Shown in pieces: positions 61,350-64,000 of a stretch of 64,000 nucleotides of DNA. Each line of letters starts with the position of its first letter. The first letter of the stretch is position 1. The DNA comes from Mobula birostris (lineage: Eukaryota), in assembly GCF_030028105.1 (NCBI RefSeq), contig NC_092389.1:56917241-56981240 (forward strand), in the 5' to 3' direction. Under the pieces are notes generated by a model. That model did not search any database. It was not told where the DNA came from and saw only the letters and a list, made by a program, of their open reading frames with translations. The position numbers and the translations under genes are program-made.

Positions 61350-62930
61350 ATTCTGTAGAGGTTGTATTGAGAGCAACGTGGGCAGCTGCATCACTGCCTG
61401 GTTTAGAAATTGCACCATCTCTGGTCGGAAGAACCTGCAACGGATAGAGATGTCAGCTGAGAAGATCTCTTCCCACCATTAGAGACATTTACACCACACG
61501 CTGCATCCGTAAAGCAAACAGCATTATGAAGGACCCCACGCACCCCTCATACAAACTCTTTTCCCTCCTGCCATCTGGAAAAAGGCACCGAAGTATTCGG
61601 GCTCTCACGACCAGACTATGTAACTGTTTCTTCCCCCAAGCCATCAGACTCCTCAATACCCAGAGCCTGGACTGACGCCAGCCTACCGCCCTCTACTGTA
61701 CCCACTGTCCTGTTTATTATTTATTATTATTTACTGTAGTGCCTGCACTGTTTTGTGCACGTTATGCAGTCCTTGAGAGGTCTGTAGCCTAGTGTAGTTT
61801 TTGTGTTTCTTCTTACGTAGATCTGTGTAATTTTTGTATTGTTTCATGTAGCACCATGGTCCTGGAAAATGTGGTCTCGTTTTTACTATGCCCTGTTCCA
61901 GCAGTTATGGTTGAAATGAGAATAAAAAGTGAACTGACTTGACTTGACAAATCACGCAGGATCGACCCAAACAGGGGGTCTCGGGTGAGCTCACACCTCA
62001 ATCTCATACGTTTGTGGGGTCAGAGATGGTCTTTCCCAGACTTAGGTAGCCGAACAGAAACTGGGTATTTCACCGTTATCTACCTATTGCAGCGAGCTCA
62101 CTCCCACCGGGATGATGGTGGTGGCATTCTGGGAATCACATTTTTTAAAAAAAATTACCAGTGCTTTCAATTCAATCCAGCCACGTCATCTGTGCAAGAC
62201 GCTGCGAAGGATGGGCGTAGGACAAATTCACTATCTCCTGGATTACTGGTTTCCTGACTGATATACCCCAGTTTGTAACCGCTGGGTGGTTCTCTGCCTG
62301 AGGTGGAGATGAGTGACACTGGAGCCCCACAAGGGACTGTCCTGTCCCCGTTTCTGTTCACGCTGACACCTCAGACTTTCAGTACAATTCTGAGTCTGGC
62401 CACTTGCAGAAATTCCCTGATGACTCTGTGGTATTTGGTGTATCAGAGATGGGCAGGAGTCGGAGCACAGAGGACTGGTGGACAGGTTTGTGGAATAGTG
62501 AGGGAGGAATCACCTGCCCCTGAATATGGCCAAAACCAGGGAAAAGGTGATTGATTTTAGGAGGAAGAGGACAGCAACGAGTCCTGTATACATTCTGGGA
62601 GAAGACGTTGCGGTGGTGGAGGAGTACAGCATTGGGGAGTACAGCGATTCAGGAACAGCTTCTTCCCCTCTGATCCAATCCAATTCCTGAATGGACATTG
62701 AATCTTTGGATACTACCCTGGATTTTTTTAAAATATACATTATTTCGGTTTTTGCACGTGTTTTTAATCTATTCAATATATATAATTTACTTACTGTTTA
62801 TTTCATATAATTGTTACTGTCATTATTATTATTATTATTACTCTGCTAGATTATGTATTGCATTGAACTACTTCTGTTAAGTTAACAAATGTCAATTCAC
62901 ATGCCGGTGATCATAAACCTGATTCTGACT
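61350..62930 (+). mobile_element. Two or more Rex1/Babar LINE fragments
   Basis: IMKDPTHPSYKLFSLLPSGKRHRS..TTRL..FFPQAIRLLN-encoding DNA with a (gactt)n tail; DTGAPQGTVLSPFLFTL. Confidence 0.85.
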
Positions 62931-62959
62931 GCACTGGTGTTGCCTCCTGCACCAAAGCG

Positions 62960-63870
62960 AAGCAAGTTGACTTCCTCAATGTTGCCTGTAAATTATTTCA
63001 CCCTGCTCTCAAATTCACCTTGCCCATTACTCCCTTCCCCTTTTCGATTTCACTGTCTCTAGCTCTGGTGACAGTTTATGCATTGATGTCTATCACAAAC
63101 CGACTGAACTGGACTCTATCTCTTTTACAAGTTGTTACTTATAAAAATGTCGTCCCTTTCTCTCAATTCCCCTGTCTCTGCCGCAGCCGCTCTCAGGATG
63201 CTGCTTTTCATTACAGAACGAAGGCGATGTCCTCCTTCCTCAAAGAGAGGGGCTTCCCTTCCTCCACCGTCAACGCTGCCCTCAACCGCATCTCTCCCAT
63301 TTTGCACACATCTGCCCTCACCCCATCCTCCTACAACCCCACCAGGAATATAGAGAGAGAATTCCTCTTGTCCTCACCGACCACCCCACCATCGTCTGTG
63401 TCCAGCACATAATTCTCTGCAACATCCGCCATCTCCGGCAGCATCCCAGCACCAAGCACATCTTTCCTCCCCCTCAACACGTTTTACTTTCCGCAGAGAT
63501 TGCTCCCCACGTGACTCCCTTGTCCATTCTCCCCTCCCGACTGATCTCCATTCTGGCACTTATCCTTGCAAGTGGAACAAGTGATACATCTGCTGCTTCA
63601 CCTCCTCCGTCACGACCATTCAGGTCTCCAAACAGTCCTTCCAGGTGAGGCGACACTTCAACTGTGAGTCGGTTGGGGTTATCTATCGTATCTATTTCAT
63701 CGTATCCCCCGGGATCAATAAAGTATGAGTATGAATATGACTATGACTATGACTGTGCTGTGACTTCTTGTATACTGGTGAGACCTGACGTAGACTGGGA
63801 GACCGCGTCACCGAGTACTACCGCTCCAGCCGCCTAAAAAAGCAGGATTGTCCAAACGGCCCCCAATTTT
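62960..63870 (+). mobile_element. Penelope-like element fragment (RT C-terminus, linker, GIY-YIG), interrupted by a Rex1 tail at ~63702-63754
   Basis: VPFSQFPCLCRSRSQDAAF..RTKAMSSFLKERGFPSSTVNAAL; F.CESVGVIY ... LYTGET.RRLGDRV.E. Confidence 0.85.
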
Positions 63871-63904
63871 AATTCAAAGGTACATTTAATGTCAGAGAAA
63901 TGTG

Positions 63905-64000
63905 CGAGGCCTCTTGACCTGGTGTGTATGGATTTCCTGTCAATAGAACCCGATACCAGAAACACGATGAATGTCTCAGTCATCACGGTTCACTACACCA
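63905..64000 (+). mobile_element. Gypsy integrase fragment (same family as 29610-31777), runs off the window
   Basis: PLDLVCMDFLSIEPDTRNTMNVSVITVHYT; overlaps in sequence with 'gtcatcacggatcactacac' at 29745. Confidence 0.8.

Overview
Eukaryotic, repeat-dense vertebrate DNA, most likely a cartilaginous fish such as a ray or shark. This is inferred from abundant CR1/HER1-type LINEs, a V-SINE/HE1-type SINE, Penelope-like elements, Rex1, and the gene families present. Host genes: (1) a six-coding-exon RING/B-box/coiled-coil/PRY-SPRY TRIM gene on + (2560-16798) that looks pseudogenised, with an in-frame TGA inside the B-box and a GT>GA donor loss; (2) two intact two-exon GPR139/GPR142-like class A GPCR paralogues in divergent orientation (A: 35154->32847 on -, 323 aa; B: 55978->58246 on +, 327 aa); (3) a beheaded third GPCR copy (promoter plus first codons, 48109-48292) cut by a Gmr1-type Gypsy LTR element that lacks a TSD; (4) an orphan CpG-rich promoter/first exon near 23.2-23.5 kb. 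The rest is nested TEs (CR1, Nimb/I-like, L1, Rex1, RTE-derived, Penelope, Gypsy, Tc1), minisatellites and two N gaps. Most interesting signals: dispersed minimal type-I hammerhead ribozymes on Penelope-derived elements (two with intact cores), a decayed twister-ribozyme motif at the 5' end of an RTE-type element, and a GPR139-like cluster with hypervariable extracellular loops and a conserved promoter block carrying O/E(EBF)-like and homeodomain-like sites. All calls were made by eye; no database searches were run.
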